This document shows, piece after piece, positions 19,480-29,836 of a stretch of DNA of 64,000 bases. Numbering within the stretch: the stretch's first letter is position 1; every line of letters starts with the position of its first letter. The position numbers and the translations under genes are program-made. Source of the DNA: a virus (Duplodnaviria; Caudoviricetes); IMG/VR virus record IMGVR_UViG_3300028832_000100, one strand, 5' to 3'. Below the pieces are notes generated by a model, which made no database searches, was not told where the DNA came from, and saw nothing but the letters and a program-made list of their open reading frames with translations.

Positions 19480-20600
19480 CTTAAATGAACCTCAGGAATT
19501 ACATTGTATACATTTCCACGAGCAATAACAATCGCTTTGTGGTTTCCAAAATTGATAGTGACATACTTATCTTTACAAATTTCAAGAGTTGATTTAACAT
19601 CATTGAAATCAAACACCGCTTCATAGGATTCTGCAAGATTGCTTTCTGAATTAAGGTAATTAACTGTTTCCTCGTTCTTTGTTTTAACATCAGAAACATT
19701 AACAGAATCCGTAGAGAATACAAATCGACCATACGGCTTAAACATTGTCTTACCTACATTGAATACCATAAGTCTATTGATAGTGGAAATAAGCGCATCC
19801 TTATCAATGACAACAGAATGATTATAATCACCAAAAGCATAACCTCTAATTGCTTCTACAGGATATGCTCCAAGAAGTGTGTCATCACAAGTAAGAATAG
19901 ATGTGATCTGAACAGTGGGTGTTTTCAATGAAAGTTTTGTCTGAATAATTTCTTCCGATGCTCCAACGGCATCATAACCCAATGAAAGGTGTACTTTTTC
20001 TTCTGTAAACAACTTGAATAGTTTAACCAACTTTTGGTTGAGAAGAATTTTAATTGGCTTTTCCAATGTAAAGTTGTTAATGCAAGCCCCAGTGGTAAAG
20101 GTGATCGCGCCTGTTTCATCGACATAGAACAACTTCTGAACAGCACGAGTGACAATCCCCTTGCTTAATTCCTTGCTATTGTATTGAAGGATACTCATAA
20201 GAATATCACTATTTACATCCATCTCATTTGTTACATTGTTGATTGTAATTTCCGGTAGCTTTAACAAACAATCACCGTCATAAATCAACGGAATTTTATA
20301 TGTTCCATTCGCTACAACCACAAGTGAATTATCTGCAATGCTGAGATCCACAGATGTTGTTGTAATCTGTGACACCAACTTCAAAAAAAGACTTGCATTA
20401 ACAGTTGCATCAAAAGTATCTTGTGAATCAATGGGAAGAAAAACGGTTGCAAAATACTCTCTGTTTGTCACATCAAGTTTAAGAACCCCACCGTCGGCAT
20501 GAATTTGAAGTGACTCTGTGATTTCCGTAAATTCTGTGGTATCTACCGCAGTTAAAATTTTCTGACAGACTTCTTGAATGTCTTTTGTTTTTAATAGCAT
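19476..20600 (-). CDS. dnaN: DNA polymerase III beta sliding clamp
   Basis: 374 aa; L...TNRE.F and GAYP motifs; next to polA and the clamp-loader genes. Confidence 0.75.
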   Translation of the reverse strand: MLLKTKDIQEVCQKILTAVDTTEFTEITESLQIHADGGVLKLDVTNREYFATVFLPIDSQDTFDATVNASLFLKLVSQITTTSVDLSIADNSLVVVANGTYKIPLIYDGDCLLKLPEITINNVTNEMDVNSDILMSILQYNSKELSKGIVTRAVQKLFYVDETGAITFTTGACINNFTLEKPIKILLNQKLVKLFKLFTEEKVHLSLGYDAVGASEEIIQTKLSLKTPTVQITSILTCDDTLLGAYPVEAIRGYAFGDYNHSVVIDKDALISTINRLMVFNVGKTMFKPYGRFVFSTDSVNVSDVKTKNEETVNYLNSESNLAESYEAVFDFNDVKSTLEICKDKYVTINFGNHKAIVIARGNVYNVIPEVHLS

Positions 20601-20603
20601 TAC

Positions 20604-23600
20604 TTATTCTCCTAAAATTTCTTTCAATATAGATTGTTCAAATTCAGAATGAATTTGTGAAAATTCACTGAATTTATCTTCTGTTTTTGGTACAAAATTT
20701 TCATATTCCTCTTCCAAATGGCTTGAATAGTCGTTAAAATACCACTGCTTCTCTATTTCAACATCGCACTTAAAAGGAACATTTGATATCTCTGGTTGTG
20801 CTGACTCCCTCATTATTTTAGACAGGAGTTCTGCAACACGATCTTTATTTTCTTGCGGACACTCACCAATTAACTCCATTCGTGCACTTAAAAATGCACT
20901 CGACTATATCTTATATCTGCAATATATCTTCTTGCTTCCATTTAAGGGTTGTCATCCCACTATGCATTTCAGCATAGCCGTACTCTACTTGCTTCTCAAT
21001 AGTTAGTTATATATGCAGTTCCTAACTATCTATGCTTTCGATAGTCTGTGAGGGTAGAAATGTTTTATATAATAAACTATCTATATTATTACTTATAAGA
21101 AAATCACGAACATCTTTATTCATTTCACATGCAACAGATTTTGGTACATAAACATACGGAAAACATCTTCCGTCTTTTTTTCTATCAAATCTCAAAGCAC
21201 ACCGCTTTTGTGGGTAAAATGAAAAAATCTTATCTATAAGCAAATTAGTTTCTTCTATACTAAATGAATTACAATATATGTGCATATAATGTTTTGTTTT
21301 GTGCAATGAACCATCATCTAAATATAAAAGGATGATACCATAAGAATCTAAATCTTCTATTGCTGATTTTAAACTCATATTTCCAACCAATGTTGTTTCA
21401 ACTGTTACATGCGTTGTTATGCCATACATGTTTGAATTTTTATTATACCCTGAAAAGCATTTTATATCTTTAGTTTTCAAACCAAAACTTTCAAGTATGC
21501 TTCTTTTATACTCCACATAATCTCTTTTTATTGAGTTTGTAGAAACCCGATATCTCTTATTTTCTGTTACATTTTGTGTTATATAACATCCATCGCCTAA
21601 TTTTAAACTTAATAGTAATTGATATAGTTTATTATTCATATTTCTCTCCCTGCTGATTGGCTACACGCGAATTGTTCACGATACGCACTATATTTTCACT
21701 TAATAATACAATAAGTAATAGGGCGTTTTTGCTTTCCAGCATATCAAGAAGTTTATACACGACAAGTTTTTGACTATGGTCTATCGTGTACAGCGATTAG
21801 CAACTTGAATCCAAGTTCTTTCAGTTCCTTGCTATTATGAACATTTATCATTGCAAGTTTAGACATAGAAGCAGCACCGCCTTGAACCCTTGCGTTTACA
21901 CACTGACGTTCTGCCTGTGAAATAAATCCACTATTGTCTTTAATCTGTATACCGCATTTTTTAGCGTTTTCTATAATACTGTTGATTTGATTTTTTCCTC
22001 TTGCATTTGATAAAAGTTCTTCAAATTTTTTAACATTTGGATCTTCTTTTTTAATCCCGTTACACCCCAGTATTGGATTAAATACAGAACCGAACGATTC
22101 ATTTGTACTTTTTATCTCATATCTTGGGAGCGCAAGGTCTGGAAGTCTTCTTCTACGACCCCAAAAATCTTCGACATACACATTCTTCTTTGCAAATTCC
22201 ATAGTGTCTTCAATCCATTTCTTGACTTTAGGAAATCCAAGATAAAACTTATCAACAATATCTTGTGCTTCTTTAATATCAATATTAAGACTGGCTGCTA
22301 TTGACTTTGCTCCCATCCCATAGCTGATTCCCAAATGGAGTATTTTCATCTTTTTTCTTCTTGTTTTTCCTTCTGGGTTTGGGCTTCCATCCTCATGTCG
22401 CTCCATATTGTCCCAATAGGAGTTATGATATACCCCTGTACCAATTGTGGCATAAAAATCACGACCACTCTTAAAACCATTTATCATAGTTTCGTCGTTT
22501 GAATAAGATGCCATAATTCGAGGCTCTTGTTGCTCTATTTTCATGTGTTACCACATGGTTCGGACTATCTCTTGTACACAAACATGTGTACCCCTCTGTT
22601 TCGACATATAAAATGCCTACTCTACTCGGTTACTCGGTTTTACCCTACCCTTTCGATAGTCTCTACGCACATTAAATATATTTCCAGAACATGCCCGCAA
22701 ACTCTACTTTGCAGACATCGCTCTTTTTAATTTTTGACATTATGTGTTTCAACGAAAGTGATTCAAATTCTGTGTTTTTCTTAACCCACAAAGCAGCGCT
22801 TTTTACGCTGTCAAAAATAGTATCAGACCCATCAGATACGCTTGTTGCTACCACCTTGATTCTTCTTTTTCTTGCGGTTGCTTCTATTGCATCTATTGGT
22901 CTTTTTTTACCTTTTCCATGGGTATTTCCTTTTAATTTGTTGGATATCTTATTTCTGGTTTCCTGAGAAAACCCATGTTCTTTTCTAATAGCAGTCATTT
23001 TTTCTGATATTTTCCTACGGGTATCCTCAGACTGCATCCTTCTCTTATGTCTAACTTTTACACACTCTGAATCCATTGGGTTTGAATCTCCTCCTGGAGT
23101 ATTATTATACCCGAATTCAGATGAATTTGAATTGTAAAAACTGATCCAATACATTTCTTTGTAGTTAAGATCGTCTTCATTATCCGCTGAATCAATTTCT
23201 TCCACGGTAAAATTTTCAACACCATATTTACGCATAGATTCATACAAATGATAATCACAATGATTCCTATATCTATTCATGTGGTTTTTCCATCTGTCGT
23301 CTAGTGACTTCTTAGTTTGTCCTATATACACTTTTCCGTTTATGGTGTTTGTTATTTTATAAATTATCATATGTGATCTCCTTAATTTAATAGTCTTACA
23401 ATATTATATACAATTAAAGACATCACACAACAAGTTCAAATATATTTAATTTGGCACGGGATTGACCACAAATGGAGAACCACACCACAAATGGCTTTCC
23501 CCGTTTAAGAGGGTTTTACTTCAGCCAACATTAACCGAAGTCGGATCCGACCAGCACATTTCCGTCTTCTGCTGTAAACATTAAGCGAATCTCATTATTC

Positions 23601-25290
23601 TTCGATGGTATATTTTGCATTATGTTATCGTTAGCCTCTTTATGCTAACCTCTATGAGTATGTAGTTTTCCTCATAGTTCAGACTATATCATTAACCTAT
23701 TATAACCTTTCAGTGAAATAGGTTATTGTGCGCTCGTGCGAGAATTATTGATTTTATCTCTCATCTCGTAGTCGTTGCTCCTTCCACAGACTTTCTCTGT
23801 GGCTTGGATCAGGATTGGGACAAAATTTACTACATCCTTTCCCTGAATTCACACAATTTTCATCTCAACATTACTGTTGAGTGCCTCCGTAATTAAAGGT
23901 TTGGATCGCTGGAACTAAATCTTCCTGTATCTGCCCCAAGAGTGTTAAAATGTGCATGAAGTCTATTGTCTTTTACTGAAACTACTTTTGGTAACTTATC
24001 AATATAAGTATTTACTAATTTTAACAAACCTCTCTGCTCTAATATCAGTTTTGTTATTGGCAGATCAATTTGTTTTAGTATTCCTTCTCCTGTTCCTCTT
24101 GGTGTTTTTGGATCAATAACACCAACTTTTAGAATGTCATACAAAAAAACTGCAAGTTGAGATGGACTTGATGTATTTAATGGGTTTTCCACTATATCTA
24201 CATCAAAAAATCTGTATGGTCCTTTTCCATCCATATCGTCAAAAGGATATTTCTTTCTTACAGCAATTGGATCTTTTCTGTCATTAGCACTTGCATATAC
24301 TCTATCAAGTTTATGTTTTTGCTTCCATTCTTCTATGACAGGCTCGTACTCTTTTAGAGCACTTTTAATTCTCTTATCACAATCTTCCAAAAGGAGATTA
24401 TATTTCTTGCTCAAACGATCACAATAAGAAGTATCTAATGCAATCCCGGTAAGTTCCATAGAAGCAGCGACAGAGATGATTGGGAACTCAATCCTAAACA
24501 GCAAATCCAATAACTTCCTATTCTCTGCTTTATTGTATTGAACCCATTGCCAATCATATAACTTCAATGTCATAAACGGGTCTGTCGCTGCATAAAGAGC
24601 AAATACCTCTGGACTTACAACGGCATAATCTATATCCTTGAAAAGATGTTCTATTGAATACTTCTCAATACTTCCATCAATCTTTGAAATGTACTGATCC
24701 TTCAAGGAGTATGACTTTTCATTCTCGTCTAAAATCTTTGCGGCAACAAGTGTGTCCCAATATATTTTAAGATCCACCCCTGTTGTGCATTTTATTACCT
24801 CGTAGTCAAACTTTGCATTATGATAAACAGTTTTTGTATTCTCTAATCGAGAAAATTCTTGCTTAATATCATCTTCTGAAAGTTGGTCTTTCAACCGTTC
24901 TCCGCTATGAGGGTCAACATGGTTCAATGGAATATATGCATTTTTCATTCCATAAGTATAAATACAAGGACCCATTAACTTACAAGTTAGCGGATCCAAA
25001 CTCATGTTTGTTTCGGTATCTATTGCTATTATTCCGTTCTCTATTGCTTTATTGATATATTGATGCAAAGATTCCCTGTCCTTTATAACAACAGTGTTTT
25101 CTGCATACTTGCCAAGTATTCGATATACTTCTTCACGAATCATTCTTAACTTGGTATCTATATCAACCTTACCGCCTGACCGTTTTCTTACTTCTTTTGG
25201 GGAACTAATCTTGTTGAGTACATTTTTGATTGCTTCTAACGAATCTTGTGGGGAGAAAGAATCTCCCCACAAAGATACTTCATAGCCCAT
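20604..25290 (-). CDS. polA: Family A DNA polymerase (3'-5' exonuclease + polymerase), spliced: exons 25290-23896, 23617-23534, 22532-21783, 20876-20604 (833 aa)
   Basis: Exonuclease motifs DTET/HNAKFD/YAATD; joined junctions give TGRFSSSDPNL|QNIP, GSDFG|QQEPR (motif A) and VHD|ELI (motif C); the 84-nt exon 2 was found manually. Confidence 0.93.
20877..21782 (-). mobile_element. Group I intron polA-I3 (906 nt) with LAGLIDADG ORF
   Basis: P1 UACACGAU/GUCGUGUA with U.G; UGCUGG..CAAUCAGCAG (P4); GACUA / GAUAUAGUC (P7); ends in omega-G. Confidence 0.9.
21022..21639 (-). CDS. Intron-encoded LAGLIDADG homing endonuclease
   Basis: LKLGDGC and LYLDDGS double motif; F.IEE..LL. Confidence 0.85.
   Translation of the reverse strand: MNNKLYQLLLSLKLGDGCYITQNVTENKRYRVSTNSIKRDYVEYKRSILESFGLKTKDIKCFSGYNKNSNMYGITTHVTVETTLVGNMSLKSAIEDLDSYGIILLYLDDGSLHKTKHYMHIYCNSFSIEETNLLIDKIFSFYPQKRCALRFDRKKDGRCFPYVYVPKSVACEMNKDVRDFLISNNIDSLLYKTFLPSQTIESIDS
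22533..23533 (-). mobile_element. Group I intron polA-I2 (1001 nt) with GIY-YIG ORF
   Basis: P1 ACUUCGGU/GCUGAAGU; P4 ACGGG/CCCGU; AGAGACUA and GAUAGUCCG core; ends in omega-G. Confidence 0.9.
22672..23370 (-). CDS. Intron-encoded GIY-YIG homing endonuclease with NUMOD3-like repeats
   Basis: IYKITNTINGKVYIGQT, GYN..PGG, SEDTRRKIS / SQETRNKIS. Confidence 0.92.
   Translation of the reverse strand: MIIYKITNTINGKVYIGQTKKSLDDRWKNHMNRYRNHCDYHLYESMRKYGVENFTVEEIDSADNEDDLNYKEMYWISFYNSNSSEFGYNNTPGGDSNPMDSECVKVRHKRRMQSEDTRRKISEKMTAIRKEHGFSQETRNKISNKLKGNTHGKGKKRPIDAIEATARKRRIKVVATSVSDGSDTIFDSVKSAALWVKKNTEFESLSLKHIMSKIKKSDVCKVEFAGMFWKYI
23618..23895 (-). mobile_element. Group I intron polA-I1 (278 nt), no ORF
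   Basis: P1 CCUU/GAGG; P4 UCAGG/CCUGA; AACGACUA and GAUAUAGUCUG; ends in omega-G. Confidence 0.9.
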
Positions 25291-26105
25291 CAATAATACC
25301 TCGTAGGTCTTTCAGCGGTTGGTGCTGTCGTACTCATCGGTACTTCCCACGGCTTTGCACCTGTCATCGGAATGTCATTTGGTGCAAATTGCGGTTGTGC
25401 GGGAGTTGGAATTGGCGCAGGTTGAGGCGCAACAGGCTGACTATAATCTCTCTGATATGCAGGCGTTGTAGCAGGTGCGCTTCCCTGTGGCGTTTGATTG
25501 TTCTTAGCAGGGAATGAACCGGTTTCCAAAAAAGTGTTCATCTCCTGTGCGTTCTTATTGAGTACATGGGAATTGAGAATAGAGAACCCATCGAAAGCAT
25601 TAGGAATATTCGGGTAATACTGCTCTGGATAGTTTGCAGGAACACAGTAATTGATGCTGTATGTTGTCTTCATGTCACCAGGCGCACCATTTCTCTTAAT
25701 CTTGAAAAGATTTTGGGAAAGAGGACCGTACTCTGTAATCTTATTGTAGAGGTCGTCCGCAAACCATGCAGGTCTTTCCCATACCTTAGGTGTGGGAACA
25801 ATCGTCCCATTTTCTGATTTTACATACTCAATGAGGTGTACAAAGATTCTTGTCATAAGTTTAACATTCTTTGCACAAAGCGGACAGGTTTCTACGGGAT
25901 CTTTCGGATCTCTGATGCAGTTCACATTCCGAAACTTTCCACCGATGTTGACGCTGTGCACAACAGCAATGTCAAACGAATCGGGTGTGTCGTGCATAAA
26001 CCTAACAACCGCCTCATCATTGTTGTTTTTCAAAGAAAAAAATCCAACCCCTGTATTAGATCCATTTGAATTTCTTTGAATTTCACCATACGAAATTTGT
26101 GCCAT
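25290..26105 (-). CDS. Single-stranded DNA-binding protein (gp32-like)
   Basis: FFSLK..DEAVVRF, C..DP....CPLC, KIKRNG..GDMKTTY; Pro-rich tail. Confidence 0.7.
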   Translation of the reverse strand: MAQISYGEIQRNSNGSNTGVGFFSLKNNNDEAVVRFMHDTPDSFDIAVVHSVNIGGKFRNVNCIRDPKDPVETCPLCAKNVKLMTRIFVHLIEYVKSENGTIVPTPKVWERPAWFADDLYNKITEYGPLSQNLFKIKRNGAPGDMKTTYSINYCVPANYPEQYYPNIPNAFDGFSILNSHVLNKNAQEMNTFLETGSFPAKNNQTPQGSAPATTPAYQRDYSQPVAPQPAPIPTPAQPQFAPNDIPMTGAKPWEVPMSTTAPTAERPTRYY

Positions 26106-26169
26106 AACTTTCTAATTTTCTCCTTAAAAATAGTTTTTTATTTTTTGTAATTTTTCTGACTTTAACATT

Positions 26170-26198
26170 ATTATATCACACTTTGTTTATTTTGTCAA
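26170..26198 (-). promoter_or_regulatory. Host sigmaA-type early promoter
   Basis: tagTTGACA-17-TGaTATAAT upstream of ssb. Confidence 0.85.
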
Positions 26199-27154
26199 CT
26201 ACAAATATCATTTTCTTTCAAAAGAGCAAAAAATTCCTCTCTTGTAAGGTCAGATACATCTTTACCTGCATACATCACTACATCTGTTATATATGCAGTA
26301 TCAGACAGATGCTTCTTAAATTTTTCTGCCCCTGTCCTTCCAGCCGCATCCCCATCGAACATTAAGACATAGTTTCTTATACCGCTTTTCTTCAAAATAT
26401 CATATTGATAATTAGAGCCAGTTCCAAACAACCCAACAGCAGGAAATCCATACTTCCAACAGTTTAGTGTGTTTAACTGCGATTCACATACGAAAACCCT
26501 TTTTATGTTTTCTTTTAATATAAAGTTCAAAAGATAAATCGGCTTTTCAACACTGGCTGGTATATGAAACCTTTTTCCAACAACGGATCGTTCTGTTACT
26601 GTTACTAAATTTCCAACAGCATCCCAAACAGGAAAGGTTATGGAATTGGTTTCAGCATTATATCCAATTTGAAACTTGTCAATAACATCATCAGTAAGAC
26701 CTCTTTGATACATATATGGATGTTTGAGATTGCACTTTTCTATTTCATATTTTAGTGTATTTTCACACTTTTTCTCAATAGAAGGCAATCTAATCTCATC
26801 AAGAAGAATCGAATCGTCTTGGAGAATATCTGATGAGAAATTTGATAGTATCCAATTCTCTGCATCTTCTGTACTAATACCAAAAGTATCTCCAACAAAT
26901 TTTGGAAACCGCGCTGAATAACTACATGAAAAACAATGGGCATACCCATACTCCACAGATCCATCTTTCATACAGTAGATATTCATGGCAGGTTTTCTTT
27001 CAAACCCACCTTTATGGAAAGGACAAGTACAAATTATATTGTTTCCCTTTCGTTGAATATCTTTGAATCTTCCGTCATTCAGTTCTTGCTTCATCTTTTT
27101 TAAGACAGATTCTATATCTGAATTAAATATCTTGTTTTGAATGACTAACTCCAT
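26195..27154 (-). CDS. dnaG: DNA primase (CHC2 zinc finger + TOPRIM)
   Basis: CPFH...HCFSC; YMYQRG; VCES; FDGDAAG; KDVSD. Confidence 0.88.
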   Translation of the reverse strand: MELVIQNKIFNSDIESVLKKMKQELNDGRFKDIQRKGNNIICTCPFHKGGFERKPAMNIYCMKDGSVEYGYAHCFSCSYSARFPKFVGDTFGISTEDAENWILSNFSSDILQDDSILLDEIRLPSIEKKCENTLKYEIEKCNLKHPYMYQRGLTDDVIDKFQIGYNAETNSITFPVWDAVGNLVTVTERSVVGKRFHIPASVEKPIYLLNFILKENIKRVFVCESQLNTLNCWKYGFPAVGLFGTGSNYQYDILKKSGIRNYVLMFDGDAAGRTGAEKFKKHLSDTAYITDVVMYAGKDVSDLTREEFFALLKENDICS

Positions 27155-28428
27155 CAGAAAACATCCTCTCCACCGAAGTTTGGATCTTCAAACTCTGCTC
27201 TCATGTCTTCAACTTTACTTGCATCTTGCGGAAGTTCCTCGTTTGGTATATAAGTGAAAATTCCTTTGTCAAAATCTACGGCGTACTTTATTTTAACACC
27301 GTTTTGACTATCCCTTGATTTTACCAAACTCATAGTTAGCACACCGTCTTTTTGCTCAAAAAACAAAATTATGGTGCTGTCCTGCGAAATTCTGTCTGAC
27401 TGTGCAATGTGCTCTGTACCAACCCCATTTTCGGTTGAAGTTCTATTCTGTTGAGAAACAGCAATAATCGGTATTTTCTTCATTACTTGAAGATTTTTCA
27501 AATCCTTTGAAATATTAGCAGCCCGCTCAACAGGATTTTTTGCCTTCCTATCATCTTCCAACAACGAGTGTTGGTCAATAAAAAGAACATCAAGATTGTC
27601 CTTTTCTATGAATGACCTCAATGCGCCTACACCAGCGGGTCCGCTTATCATGTTGGGGGTTAGCACACGAATAGAACCCTTTACCTTTTCTTGAATACCA
27701 TCCAAAAACATCTTATAGGAGTTTTGAAGATCAATATTGCCGTGTATAATTCCTTTGTTGGATATGTGAGAAATAAGGGTGTCAATTCTATACCCAACCT
27801 TGTTTGCGCTCATTTCACCCTCGTAAATTCCTACACGAAGACCTTGCTGTGCAGCTGCAACTGCACATTTGAACAACACAAAACTTTTACCAGAGTTGGT
27901 TCTTGCAGCGATAGTAGCCAACTCCTCTGTTCTATCCCACCCTCCAATAATCTCGTCCAATTCTGCAAATCCGGTCTTTATATAGAATTTGGAAAAATCC
28001 CTTGACCTTTCAACATAAGAATCATATCGTGATGTGTCTGCAATTATGTCAACAGAGTTTATTCCAACACCCCTCGATTGGTTCTCAACTGAATGCTTAT
28101 ATATTTCAAGTGCTTTATCTGTTTGACCATTTTGCAAAGCAATACGAATATTATTAAATGTAGTTACTAAAAACCGAGTATCACGATCCTTAATAAGCTC
28201 TTGCAAAAGGTAACTGTCATCTTCAGAAACATTTATAACATCGAAGTTTCTAAAATTATACAGAAATGTCTCCATATCTGGTACACATCCGTATTGAGAA
28301 ATATGACTAATTATAAATGTAAATTCGTCTTGATACTCTGAAAAATATTCTTTTGTAAGATTATTTTCAGTAATAAAGGAAGAATCCTTATTTTTTAGAA
28401 TTTTATTTAGTACCTGTAATTGAATCAC
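27154..28428 (-). CDS. dnaB: DnaB-like replicative helicase
   Basis: ARTNSGKS, EGEMS, FIDQ, SQQNR, ISQDS, KSRD. Confidence 0.9.
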   Translation of the reverse strand: MIQLQVLNKILKNKDSSFITENNLTKEYFSEYQDEFTFIISHISQYGCVPDMETFLYNFRNFDVINVSEDDSYLLQELIKDRDTRFLVTTFNNIRIALQNGQTDKALEIYKHSVENQSRGVGINSVDIIADTSRYDSYVERSRDFSKFYIKTGFAELDEIIGGWDRTEELATIAARTNSGKSFVLFKCAVAAAQQGLRVGIYEGEMSANKVGYRIDTLISHISNKGIIHGNIDLQNSYKMFLDGIQEKVKGSIRVLTPNMISGPAGVGALRSFIEKDNLDVLFIDQHSLLEDDRKAKNPVERAANISKDLKNLQVMKKIPIIAVSQQNRTSTENGVGTEHIAQSDRISQDSTIILFFEQKDGVLTMSLVKSRDSQNGVKIKYAVDFDKGIFTYIPNEELPQDASKVEDMRAEFEDPNFGGEDVF

Positions 28429-29132
28429 TTGCAGATACCTCTCTTATCCGCTCCGAAAAGCTCTACTGTTTCACTATAATTTATAACACGACTGTACAAT
28501 CTTTCTCCAATTACTCCACGAAGTTCACTAGGAGTGACATTCGAGGTGAAAATAGAGGATTTCCCAGCATCTATTCTTGCATTGATGTAGTTTAATAATT
28601 GCTCGTGGTCATGTGGCGATAACTCTCTTGTTCCTATCTCGTCCCAAACAATAAGATCGGCATCATATACATTGTCCCTAAACCATTCAAAATAGTCATT
28701 TTTACTGCCGTAATTCTCTTTAATAGAAAGAAGGAGTCTTGGGACATTAACAAACATCGCTCTGCACTTCAAATCTGTTTTATGCCATATAGCACCAAAA
28801 TACCCCTGTATTAGACGAATAGCCCAAGAGGTCTTCCCGTTCCCTGTTATATTTGAGTAAATGAATAGGTTTTTTCCTTCATTTACAAAATTCTCAATGT
28901 CACTTTGAATATCGGATAATCTCTTAAAAGATTCAGCATCAGACATATTTGAATCTAACTGTAACCCGATATGCTTTCTCTGCTTAACAGATAAACCAGC
29001 CATATCGAACAAACAATTTAACTTAAACAACTTTATGCAAAATACATCTGTTTGCATACATGGTGCTTCAATATTCTTGTTGAGTGCCTTTGCACAACGA
29101 TCTTTCATCCAGCACTCATTTGATAGTATCAT
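28425..29132 (-). CDS. DnaC/IstB-like helicase-loader ATPase
   Basis: TGNGKT, LIVWDEIG, IFTSN, ERLYSRV. Confidence 0.85.
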   Translation of the reverse strand: MILSNECWMKDRCAKALNKNIEAPCMQTDVFCIKLFKLNCLFDMAGLSVKQRKHIGLQLDSNMSDAESFKRLSDIQSDIENFVNEGKNLFIYSNITGNGKTSWAIRLIQGYFGAIWHKTDLKCRAMFVNVPRLLLSIKENYGSKNDYFEWFRDNVYDADLIVWDEIGTRELSPHDHEQLLNYINARIDAGKSSIFTSNVTPSELRGVIGERLYSRVINYSETVELFGADKRGICK

Positions 29133-29833
29133 TAAAATATTACCTCGCTTAATTGATCCTTGCTTGTTATCTGTGAAGATTCCGGCAACCTATAACTTAC
29201 CCCAAACTGTCTTCTGTAAGATTCAATTGCCCAAGAAGCATCTCTAAAACCACCAACGATAGCGATCTCTATCAATTTCAAGGCAACATCCAAATTGTGG
29301 TTAGAAAAATCATCAATGTTTTTCTGAAAAATTTCGATGGATCTCTTTGACAAAAAACCTTTCGGATTTGCACCAACGGCATCAATCCAATCATAGTAAG
29401 CGGATTTTAACTCTTCATTGTCACAAATAATATATGATTTTAGAGCATCAAATTGAGATTGCCTTCTCGTTTTTCTTGTTGCCTTTGATTTCTTCTCAAC
29501 CGCAGAAACAATCTCTTCATTTGCTGACATCAATGCAATAATTGATTTTACATTAAGGTAAACAGACCCATCCTCATTCTTTTCCAAAATGTTCAGGGCA
29601 GAAAGCACTTTCTCGGATTCAATCTGCTCATCCTTACTCAAAGTTGTTCTTCTTTCAATGTATGATCTGTCAAGAGTGCAATACTTGTTCTCTGCAAGAA
29701 CATTTTTTCTCGTTGCTTTATCATATATATTTAGAACTTCTGATATATAAATTGCTGGTTTTAGACCAACTATCGAAGCAATCTTTGAGTTAAAACAAAT
29801 ATTATTACTTGTACTTAATAAATCAAGAAGCAT
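29132..29833 (-). CDS. Replication initiator / DnaD-like winged-helix protein (putative)
   Basis: IA..VGL..AIY.SE...IERRTTLS..EQ winged-helix pattern; directly upstream of the dnaC-like gene. Confidence 0.55.
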   Translation of the reverse strand: MLLDLLSTSNNICFNSKIASIVGLKPAIYISEVLNIYDKATRKNVLAENKYCTLDRSYIERRTTLSKDEQIESEKVLSALNILEKNEDGSVYLNVKSIIALMSANEEIVSAVEKKSKATRKTRRQSQFDALKSYIICDNEELKSAYYDWIDAVGANPKGFLSKRSIEIFQKNIDDFSNHNLDVALKLIEIAIVGGFRDASWAIESYRRQFGVSYRLPESSQITSKDQLSEVIF

Positions 29834-29836
29834 TAG

